A DNA stretch of 29,081 nt, from contig JAGPKW010000001.1 of assembly GCA_018053685.1 (NCBI GenBank), positions 1-29,081 of the forward strand, written 5' to 3'. The translations under genes were made by a program, and so were the position numbers. Below the pieces are notes generated by a model that was not told where the DNA came from, did not search any database, and saw only the letters and a list, made by a program, of their open reading frames with translations. Positions 10,019-16,971 of this stretch are shown here, piece after piece. Origin of the DNA: Patescibacteria group bacterium. Lineage in GTDB: Bacteria; Patescibacteriota; Patescibacteriia; JAGPKW01. Each line of letters starts with the position of its first letter. Positions within the stretch are counted from its first letter, which is position 1.

Positions 10019-10123
10019 AACTACACATAACAAGGTGTATAAGAAAGTTTGCTATAAAATTCAGTGATAATTTGAAAGTTCATCTAAGCAAACCTTCTCA
10101 TACACCCAACCGTTAGCAAACAT
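10019..10123 (+). mobile_element. attC-like palindromic element 1
   Basis: ACATAAC (10025-10031) ... GTTAGCA (10112-10118). Inner stem GGTGTATAAGAAAGTTTGCT (10034-10053) / AGCAAACCTTCTCATACACC (10087-10106) pairs 18/20, and both mismatches are G-T on the minus strand. The loop is 33 nt. Confidence 0.7.
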
Positions 10124-10534
10124 TTAAAAGACCTCCGTTGTAATAACATCTGAGTATCTATTAATTTTGCCATATCTTGCCCACCAAGTATCACCTTGTG
10201 GAAACGTAAGTTCTTCTGCATCTTTTGTAAATTGATGCTTATACCAAGTTCCTTTTTTAATTTTTCTATACCATTTGAATTTACCTAAGTAAACATCTAA
10301 CCAAGTTTGTTTCATAAAAATATAGGAATAATCCCAAACATTAACACTATTCTTGTCCATTGCATTTAACCCTTGCTGAAAAACATCTATTGAAATTGAA
10401 ACCCTGATATAGTCTTCATAGGTTGTAAGGCAAATAGTTGTTTCATTTTCAGAATTTGAAAAAAAGTAAGATACATTTGAAAGATTAATAATTATATCTT
10501 TCCCATCGGTGTTTTTTACCTTGATAAATTTCAT
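10124..10534 (-). CDS. Hypothetical protein (136 aa from ATG 10534), possibly a two-domain chimera with FlbD/SwrD-like N-terminus
   Basis: The tracked GTG start at 10555 lies inside element 2; ATTATG at 10534 is the better start. MKFIKVKNTDGKDIIINLSNV...TTICL...V resembles the FlbD pattern. An internal MKQTW begins a Trp/Lys-rich second half. Confidence 0.65.
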   Translation of the reverse strand: MKFIKVKNTDGKDIIINLSNVSYFFSNSENETTICLTTYEDYIRVSISIDVFQQGLNAMDKNSVNVWDYSYIFMKQTWLDVYLGKFKWYRKIKKGTWYKHQFTKDAEELTFPQGDTWWARYGKINRYSDVITTEVF

Positions 10535-10540
10535 AATAAT

Positions 10541-10684
10541 AACTGCACATAACACTGTATAAAATCAAGTGGAGTTATGTGCTTAATTTAACCCACTTCG
10601 GCTGTTTAGATATTTTTGTGCAAGTAGGAACGTGTTTGCCGTTCAATCCCTACCTGCTTTTATACTTTTACGTTATGCAGCAGC
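10541..10684 (+). mobile_element. attC-like palindromic element 2 (branched)
   Basis: AACTGCACATAAC (10541-10553; 12/13 identical to the element 1 end) ... GTTATGC (10672-10678). Outer stem GTATAAAA (10557-10564) / TTTTATAC (10658-10665). Two inner hairpins at 10567-10598 and 10620-10657. Confidence 0.65.
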
Positions 10685-11134
10685 TTAAAAAAGACCGCAT
10701 TTAGTGTGTCTGTCATATAAAACTATACTCCCTGCAACGGCGACATTCATACTTCGAGTTCCGGGCAAATAAATAATTTCTTGACATTTTTCAATTGCTT
10801 CTTTTGTTAATCCATTATCTTCTGCACCGAGCAAATAGCAAGCCTGTTTAGGGTGTTTAAATTCAGTTAACTTTGTTGCAGTTTCAACAAGTTCAATCCC
10901 TACTAATTTACAATCATGTGGGCGGTGTTCGTTAAAGTCGGCAAAATCTTTATAAATAAATGTCGGTATATGTTTCCAACTTTTCATTGTGTCACTTGCT
11001 TGTGGTTTAAATCTACTCCCAATTAGGAAAATAAAGTCCGCTTCTAAAATTTGGGCAGTTCTAAAAAGAGTGCCATAGTTATGTGATGTTTTCATATTTA
11101 AACATCCAATCCCAAAATATCCTTTGTCTTTCAT
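10685..11134 (-). CDS. SPOUT RNA methyltransferase, TrmH/SpoU family
   Basis: Motif 1 NMKTSHNYGTLFRTA, motif 2 YLLGAEDNGL, motif 3 IYLPGTRSMNVAVAGSIVLYD. Confidence 0.9.
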   Translation of the reverse strand: MKDKGYFGIGCLNMKTSHNYGTLFRTAQILEADFIFLIGSRFKPQASDTMKSWKHIPTFIYKDFADFNEHRPHDCKLVGIELVETATKLTEFKHPKQACYLLGAEDNGLTKEAIEKCQEIIYLPGTRSMNVAVAGSIVLYDRHTKCGLF

Positions 11135-11206
11135 AATTCTGTTTTTTAAATTTATTTAGTTATTCGTTTGCTCTTAACCTTGTTGTTTGATTGGTTGCAA
11201 CCCTGT

Positions 11207-11470
11207 TTAGCATAGCATTTCAATTACAATGTCTTCATTCTCTTTAAAAAACCGTTCAACCGTTTTAATCCTCTTTCCGTTTAGAAATTCCAAGCAATCC
11301 GGAGCTTCTACAATCGTTTTTTCTGTTGCAATAAAAACAAATGGGTAAAAAAACCATCGTGAACCCATATTATTAATTTCCTCTGAAATAGACTCCTTTG
11401 AGTCACTGTAAAAATCCCTTACATACTCACCGTCCGGAGCAAAGCAAATAGCACTGTAAATTGTTTTCAT
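11207..11470 (-). CDS. Hypothetical protein (87 aa)
   Basis: ACAATTATG start; co-oriented. Confidence 0.75.
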   Translation of the reverse strand: MKTIYSAICFAPDGEYVRDFYSDSKESISEEINNMGSRWFFYPFVFIATEKTIVEAPDCLEFLNGKRIKTVERFFKENEDIVIEMLC

Positions 11471-11510
11471 AATTGTTTGTTTTTTAATTGTTCTTTAATT
11501 ATTTCATATA

Positions 11511-11518
11511 CAAAAGTA
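11511..11518 (-). promoter_or_regulatory. Candidate Bacteroidota -7 box TACTTTTG
   Basis: TAnnTTTG match in the intergenic gap about 40 nt upstream of the 11470 ATG. There is no well-spaced -33 box. Confidence 0.4.
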
Positions 11519-11522
11519 GCTA

Positions 11523-11726
11523 TTATTTTCTTAAATACCTTTCAATTTTTTCAATATCTTCATTTTTGAAGAACACATAAGGATTAAATGCTTTATTAAC
11601 CCCACTCATTTTATATCCGTATTTTCCATGCGGACAGTCGTCTGTGAATGTAATAAGGTTGTGCCATTTTTCACCAACTTTTACTTGTATATTATTATTT
11701 TTATCTAATCTAAAACCGGTTATCAT
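11523..11726 (-). CDS. Hypothetical protein (67 aa)
   Basis: Start overlaps the upstream gene's stop (ATGA coupling). Confidence 0.7.
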   Translation of the reverse strand: MITGFRLDKNNNIQVKVGEKWHNLITFTDDCPHGKYGYKMSGVNKAFNPYVFFKNEDIEKIERYLRK

Positions 11727-11947
11727 AATTTATTTTTTTTTAAATCATTATCAATTATATCTGTTAAATAGCTGTCTGTACAACAGTTTGGACAACCCCA
11801 ATAAAATTTTCCACCACTATAAAAATGTATCATATTATTAATAGGTTCTTCTATTGTAGTAATATCTATTAAGACAGAATTTTCACCTGGATTTTCATCA
11901 AATAATATAGAATCACACCTATTACACTTGCATAAATAATGTTTCAT
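11723..11947 (-). CDS. Small Zn-ribbon-like protein
   Basis: CNRC ... CPNC cysteine pairs. Confidence 0.65.
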   Translation of the reverse strand: MKHYLCKCNRCDSILFDENPGENSVLIDITTIEEPINNMIHFYSGGKFYWGCPNCCTDSYLTDIIDNDLKKNKL

Positions 11948-11991
11948 TTTATTTTTATTTTTAAGTTGATTAATATTTTTGTTATATCTAT

Positions 11992-12222
11992 TTAAAGCTC
12001 TATGAAAGAAAATTTTGGAACTACTAATTTAAGTTTTTCAAAATCCTCATCACGTTCTTTTTTCTCTGCGTACCAATAAGTTGTATCCTCTACATCCAAA
12101 GCATGGGGGTAATCGAAAGTTGGATCGTAACTTTTTGCTACTGTAATAGGAACATCAAAAGATTCAATTTTTTGAATATCAAAACTCAAATCTCCGTTGT
12201 TAAATTTAATAAATGGTATCAT
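11992..12222 (-). CDS. Hypothetical protein (76 aa)
   Basis: ATAATTATG start; co-oriented. Confidence 0.7.
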   Translation of the reverse strand: MIPFIKFNNGDLSFDIQKIESFDVPITVAKSYDPTFDYPHALDVEDTTYWYAEKKERDEDFEKLKLVVPKFSFIEL

Positions 12223-12224
12223 AA

Positions 12225-12386
12225 TTATTTGTTTTTAAGTCTTGTTATAGGTACAAAATAGGCTGATGAACCCACTTGGCTTAATAGAGGGTCTTCATTT
12301 ATGAGAATACACTCATCATCAAACCATTCCTCATCCATAAGTTCCTGTGAATCAGGCCAAGTTATTATTACATACTCTTTTTCCAT
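12225..12386 (-). CDS. Small protein (53 aa) missing from the ORF track
   Basis: MEKEYVIITWPDSQELMDEEWFDDECILINEDPLLSQVGSSAYFVPITRLKNK*. It has an AGAATTATG start and exactly fills the gap between its neighbours. Confidence 0.75.
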   Translation of the reverse strand: MEKEYVIITWPDSQELMDEEWFDDECILINEDPLLSQVGSSAYFVPITRLKNK

Positions 12387-12390
12387 AATT

Positions 12391-12669
12391 CTAATATTTA
12401 GTTATTGGTCGCCAGTGCGTAATTGAGCTTGCATATTTATAATCCCATTTGCCATATCTAATGCAGCCCAAACCAATATATTTGTTGTTGCACATAATAA
12501 GCACCGTTTTTCCGTGTTCGGGCAGTTCATCTTTTACAGAAATCCATTCTTGGGCAAAATTTGCACCTGCTAAAAATCCATCTATAAAACTCTTTTCAGC
12601 ATCTAATGGCAGTTTTTCTTTAAAATGCTCGGTGGCATATTCTTGTGCGGATTCTAAAATTGTTTTCAT
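12391..12669 (-). CDS. DUF551-like phage protein
   Basis: GFLAGANFAQEWISVKDELPEHGKTVLI...ITHWRPI is the WISVxxxLP...VTHW.P signature. Confidence 0.75.
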   Translation of the reverse strand: MKTILESAQEYATEHFKEKLPLDAEKSFIDGFLAGANFAQEWISVKDELPEHGKTVLIMCNNKYIGLGCIRYGKWDYKYASSITHWRPITKY

Positions 12670-12680
12670 TGTTATTTTGC

Positions 12681-13652
12681 TTATTTAACTTCAGTTTCAA
12701 AAACAGTTTCCCCCGTTTCATTACAAATTATTGAAACAGTTCCGCCCTTATAATCTTTAAAATAAGAATGATTTGTTCCGTTGTATTCTTCAATATAACT
12801 TAAACAGTCATCGTAACTATCTATGAAACCTTTATAATTACTATCTTGTTCATTGTTAAAATGAACATCATAAGTTAAGTCGTACATCATTGCGTAATGA
12901 TATTTATCGTTTTCAAATTCATTTCTTATAGGTTTTTCTAAATACTCTTTCCCATTAAGTAACTTCCCATTTTTGTATTTACTTCTTTTAACACCATCTT
13001 CTCCATATACTCCCCATTGCTTAAAGAAAAATGGCACATGATATAATTCACATTGTTCTTTAATGTTTAACACCCATTCTTTATTCATTTTTCTAGCATT
13101 ATGACCACTTTCGCCACCAACTATTACCCAATCAATAAGATTTAGGTCTAATTTACCCAAATCCTCTAACAATGGCTCACATGAGATGAATTTAACAATA
13201 GCATTTAATTGTTTTAAATATTGTATTCTATCTCTTGCTTTTTTATTTTCAACAGTAACTCCTAACCATACATTTTTAGGGATAGTTCTACCATGTAAAT
13301 ATTTATACATATTAATAGCTCTTTTGGTTAAAATTTGATATGTGTGTTGTGGGGTTTGTCTTATGACATCAAATACTCTATCTATAAATGAATAAGGAAC
13401 TTCTTCATGGAAAAGATCACTCATGCTACAAACAAATATCATAGTGGGATTTGTTAATTTTAATGGTTCATTTAAATAATCTTCATGTAAAGTTATTTTA
13501 TCAAAACCATTTTTATATTTATCTAGGTCCATTGCTTGTAATCTTTTTGTCATTCTTTCAGCATAACAATTCTTACATCCATCAGATATTTTTGTACATC
13601 CTGTAATGGGATTCCATGTTGTTTCAGTCCATTCTATTTTTGATTTCTTCAT
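12681..13652 (-). CDS. DUF5131 (phage Gp37/Gp68, radical-SAM-like) protein with an 82-aa C-terminal extension
   Basis: IEWTETTWNPITGCTKISDGCKNCYA, IFVCSMSDLFH, QILTKR, WLGVTVEN, FISCEPLL, WVIVGGESG, FFFKQWG. Confidence 0.9.
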   Translation of the reverse strand: MKKSKIEWTETTWNPITGCTKISDGCKNCYAERMTKRLQAMDLDKYKNGFDKITLHEDYLNEPLKLTNPTMIFVCSMSDLFHEEVPYSFIDRVFDVIRQTPQHTYQILTKRAINMYKYLHGRTIPKNVWLGVTVENKKARDRIQYLKQLNAIVKFISCEPLLEDLGKLDLNLIDWVIVGGESGHNARKMNKEWVLNIKEQCELYHVPFFFKQWGVYGEDGVKRSKYKNGKLLNGKEYLEKPIRNEFENDKYHYAMMYDLTYDVHFNNEQDSNYKGFIDSYDDCLSYIEEYNGTNHSYFKDYKGGTVSIICNETGETVFETEVK

Positions 13653-13688
13653 ATTTTTCTTTATTTGTTAATCTTTAATATGTTAAAT

Positions 13689-13757
13689 TAAAAAAGCAAG
13701 GGGTATAAATAAAATTATGACACAAAATAACCTTTAAAACCTTATACCCCTATGCTT
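13689..13757 (-). terminator. Long-loop intrinsic terminator
   Basis: AAGCAAGGGGTATAA (13694-13708) / TTATACCCCTATGCTT (13742-13757): a 15-bp stem with one bulge and a 33-nt loop, followed by a T tract on the minus strand. Confidence 0.6.
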
Positions 13758-13770
13758 ATATTTTAAATTT

Positions 13771-14364
13771 TTATTTTAATAAACATCTAAAAATTCCTCT
13801 TACAACTTCTGCCTCTTCTTTTCTTACATATTTAAAGAAAGGTTTGTTATTTATTGTCATTTCTATTTTCTCTAGTAGATGATTTTTAAATGGAAGTAAA
13901 TAAATATTCTTTTTATATCCTTCTGTATCAAAATATATTTCATAAAACCCAATATTATTATTATCTCCATGATGATCACATATCAATACAGTACCATCAT
14001 TAAAATAAAACTTTATTTCATCTCCAGATTTAACATGGAAAATAATATCTTTTGGCATTAAAAATAATCCTGTTGAAATAGAAAAATATTCTCCATCAGA
14101 AAATAATACAAAAAATATTAAATCAACATCATTTAAGTATTTTGATAGTATTAAGAAGTCATAACTACAAATTTCATCTTTACCTTTTTCATTTTTACTA
14201 TATTTTAGATAATCTTCACAAGGAAATGGTTCTAATGTTCTAAGATTCCATGTGAAATCAGAATATAAATTAACTCTTAAACCATTATTAGTAGTTGCTA
14301 TACCTTGCCCAAATATATTACCAATAAATATAAATAGTAATATTATAAATAATAATTTTTTCAT
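13771..14364 (-). CDS. Putative secreted protein (197 aa from ATG 14364)
   Basis: Sec-type signal MKKLLFIILLFIFIGNIFG. The tracked start at 14424 overlaps the upstream gene. ATTNNGLRVNLYSDFTW is reminiscent of DUF3157. Confidence 0.65.
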   Translation of the reverse strand: MKKLLFIILLFIFIGNIFGQGIATTNNGLRVNLYSDFTWNLRTLEPFPCEDYLKYSKNEKGKDEICSYDFLILSKYLNDVDLIFFVLFSDGEYFSISTGLFLMPKDIIFHVKSGDEIKFYFNDGTVLICDHHGDNNNIGFYEIYFDTEGYKKNIYLLPFKNHLLEKIEMTINNKPFFKYVRKEEAEVVRGIFRCLLK

Positions 14365-14365
14365 G

Positions 14366-14587
14366 TTAATCAAAAAATAAATGTTTACCTGTAAATATTT
14401 TATACATAGCATTCTCAATATCACAATGATATGTTAGAAAAACACCTTCTTCTGTAATAGCTCCTGTATTAACTCCAAGACTTTCAAACATCAGTTTTTC
14501 GTCTATATTGTTAATCTTAGCTATTTCTATAATTTCTTCTTTTGTATAACCTAATTTATGTTTAGATTTTGGTAATGTAATTTTCAT
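14366..14587 (-). CDS. Hypothetical protein (73 aa)
   Basis: Tightly packed in the operon. Confidence 0.7.
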   Translation of the reverse strand: MKITLPKSKHKLGYTKEEIIEIAKINNIDEKLMFESLGVNTGAITEEGVFLTYHCDIENAMYKIFTGKHLFFD

Positions 14588-14589
14588 AA

Positions 14590-14961
14590 TTATTCTTTTA
14601 TAAAGTAAAACATATGTTGTGATAAATATCCTGATAAATATGCTGCTGCTTCTTTGTCATTTATACCACATTCTTCTAATATTAAATCTTCGACATGTCT
14701 TTTTTCATGCCCTATAGTTACTAATTTTTCAGCAAAATTAGTACATGGGAATATTGTAACAAGAATTTTTTGTGCAGTTCTATCAATAAATGTCTGACCT
14801 GCATTTTTTATATTATCAAATTCTTTATTCAAATCTCCCATATATCTAGCTTGAAAAAGATTATACCACTTATTGAGGTCTGGTATATCTTTTCTATCTT
14901 CTACAATAAGGAATGTTACATTCCAATCATAAATAGGTATATCTATAATCTTTTCTATCAT
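14590..14961 (-). CDS. Small HExxH (zincin-like) protein
   Basis: TIGHEKRHV...EAAAYLSGYL gives HExxH plus a downstream E. Confidence 0.6.
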   Translation of the reverse strand: MIEKIIDIPIYDWNVTFLIVEDRKDIPDLNKWYNLFQARYMGDLNKEFDNIKNAGQTFIDRTAQKILVTIFPCTNFAEKLVTIGHEKRHVEDLILEECGINDKEAAAYLSGYLSQHMFYFIKE

Positions 14962-14962
14962 A

Positions 14963-16690
14963 TTAAAATAATGATAACTGATCTGTTTTGTCAGCTATCT
15001 CTTTTTTTGTTTCTATTTCTGCTATTTCTCTTTGTATTATGTCTATATAATATTTGTGATTTACATCATATGTCTTTTTAGATTCAAACTCATTGAATAT
15101 TGTAGCATTTTTAGCTACTATAATTTTATCTTTACCATTACTTTTATAAATTGTTGTTCCTTTATTAGAGATATAATATCTTATTGTTTGACCATAATCA
15201 TTATTTTTATCGTCATAAAATCTCCAATTACCTTTAATTTTCAGCCCTGTACAAAAATCATATATATTATCATTTTTAAAAATATAACTTTCTACATTTA
15301 TCCCATTAAGAAAATAATTATATATAGTTAATGGTATTATTAAATTAGATCTATCTTTTTCAACACATAGATCTTTATGTCTAAATCTACCTCTGCATTT
15401 AACATTTCCTTTTTTTACAAGAATATAATTATTAATATCCCATAGATATAATTTTTCACAATCATTTAATGATAAATTTAGATTGAACATTTGTTTCCAT
15501 TCTTCAACAATCTCATTGTATATGTATTCATGCTCTTTAGGGATTAAATATTCACACCCATCTGTATTAACCATAATAAGCTCTGATAAAGGAATTTTAT
15601 TAGATACCATATCTATAAATTTAGATAGTATTAATTGACCTGTTTTATACATTTTAAAAGCTAATTCTCGGTCATATAAAGAAGATTTTTTAACACTAAA
15701 TAATCCACATGTAATAACTAATATTTCTTTCAAAAGGTTACTTAAATGTTTATTAGTGTAATGTTTTAATCTTAATTGATAGAAATAATTAAGTATCTTT
15801 AAAAAACCATTATTGTTAAAGTTTTTAGGAGACCATTTATTATTTAGAATAATAGTGGCATAATAAGATTTAATATCCAATGACTTAATAATCTTATTAT
15901 GTACACTTTTATAGATAGATGCAGTATCCCTTCTGCTATGCATACCACCAAAAGAATAATTAATATCCACATCATCAATTTGGATTGTGATTTTTCTAGT
16001 GTTTTCATATAATCTATTAAATTTTATATTGTCAAATTTAATCTTTGGTAAATTTAAACTTAAAGGTTCATTATCTTTTACACAATATCTATTAAATACA
16101 TATTCAACAAAGGTAGAATTATTGATATTAAAATCTTTTAAATCAAGATGATTAAATAACTTTGATCTTATTTTAATATCTTGATAATAATATTGATATA
16201 AATATTTAATAATGCTTGTATTGTGTTCAATTAAAAAAGAATAATATTCACTATATCCTTTAAGACTAATTATTTTTTTAGCACTTGCAGAATTGATATT
16301 GTCAATATTTTCATTAAGAGAATATTTTATCCAATCTAATGTTATATTTTTATACTTCCAATTATTTATTATTGAAATATCAATATAATGTAATTCAAAT
16401 ATATCATTAAACTCACTATTCAATATTTCTTTAATATCTTTTGAAGAATAAAATATATTATCATTAGTTAATATATATTCTAAAAAATAAACTTTATTAT
16501 GGCAATCAAACCCTAAGAACCAACATTGAATATTTGATACAATAAATTCTTTAAGATTCTTTAGGTTTATATCTTCATATATATTATTACAAAAATATTC
16601 AGCTTTATCAGAATGTAAATCTTTGAAAACAATAGTTAAAGCATTATTTTCAAATATCATATCAAATATCCAATGTGTTGTGTTTTTCAT
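14963..16690 (-). CDS. polB: Family B DNA polymerase with degenerate 3'-5' exonuclease and altered motif B
   Basis: Motif A SLDIKSYY, motif C MVNTDG, and the WDINNYI and KCRGRF segments are present. Motif B reads KEILVITCG instead of KxxxNSxYG. The Exo I/II/III carboxylates are largely missing. Confidence 0.8.
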   Translation of the reverse strand: MKNTTHWIFDMIFENNALTIVFKDLHSDKAEYFCNNIYEDINLKNLKEFIVSNIQCWFLGFDCHNKVYFLEYILTNDNIFYSSKDIKEILNSEFNDIFELHYIDISIINNWKYKNITLDWIKYSLNENIDNINSASAKKIISLKGYSEYYSFLIEHNTSIIKYLYQYYYQDIKIRSKLFNHLDLKDFNINNSTFVEYVFNRYCVKDNEPLSLNLPKIKFDNIKFNRLYENTRKITIQIDDVDINYSFGGMHSRRDTASIYKSVHNKIIKSLDIKSYYATIILNNKWSPKNFNNNGFLKILNYFYQLRLKHYTNKHLSNLLKEILVITCGLFSVKKSSLYDRELAFKMYKTGQLILSKFIDMVSNKIPLSELIMVNTDGCEYLIPKEHEYIYNEIVEEWKQMFNLNLSLNDCEKLYLWDINNYILVKKGNVKCRGRFRHKDLCVEKDRSNLIIPLTIYNYFLNGINVESYIFKNDNIYDFCTGLKIKGNWRFYDDKNNDYGQTIRYYISNKGTTIYKSNGKDKIIVAKNATIFNEFESKKTYDVNHKYYIDIIQREIAEIETKKEIADKTDQLSLF

Positions 16691-16971
16691 AAGATTTTTT
16701 TTAATATATCATGATCTTTATTGATACATATATTGTTTATGAATGAAATTATATCTTCTTTTTCCTCAATGTAATATTCATAAAAAATCTCATCATTTTC
16801 ATTCTTCTTTTTTATTGAAGGGATTGTTGTTTTTGTCTTAGATAATATTACCAAGACTTCTTCTTCTGGATTATATATTGCTTCTAAAAAGTTAGAATCA
16901 TTATTTAGTGGTATCATCCTAAATGATTCTTTATCTCCCCATTTTGAAGAATGTATCATCATTTTATTCAT
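16687..16971 (-). CDS. Hypothetical protein (94 aa)
   Basis: ATGA overlap with polB. Confidence 0.7.
   Translation of the reverse strand: MNKMMIHSSKWGDKESFRMIPLNNDSNFLEAIYNPEEEVLVILSKTKTTIPSIKKKNENDEIFYEYYIEEKEDIISFINNICINKDHDILKKIL

Noticed and set aside
10620-10660. GTTCAATCCC resembling a tRNA T-loop
   Set aside because: The T-stem does not pair, and there is no acceptor or anticodon arm geometry.
10019-10684. Elements 1 and 2 as a CRISPR mini-array or as simple terminators
   Set aside because: They are not identical direct repeats with constant spacers. They lack a U-tract on the transcribed strand and have long, complex loops. An RNA-level role cannot be fully excluded.
11170-11206. 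GCTCTTAAC and GGTTGCAACC upstream of the methyltransferase as a third attC-like site
   Set aside because: There is no GTAT/ATAC stem or matching GTTA end, so it is at most a decayed remnant.
11981-12680. GTTA 10-11 nt from stop codons at 11981 and 12671 as further half-sites
   Set aside because: They lack the preceding C, the 12-13-nt spacing and any partner end. GTTA is frequent in AT-rich DNA.
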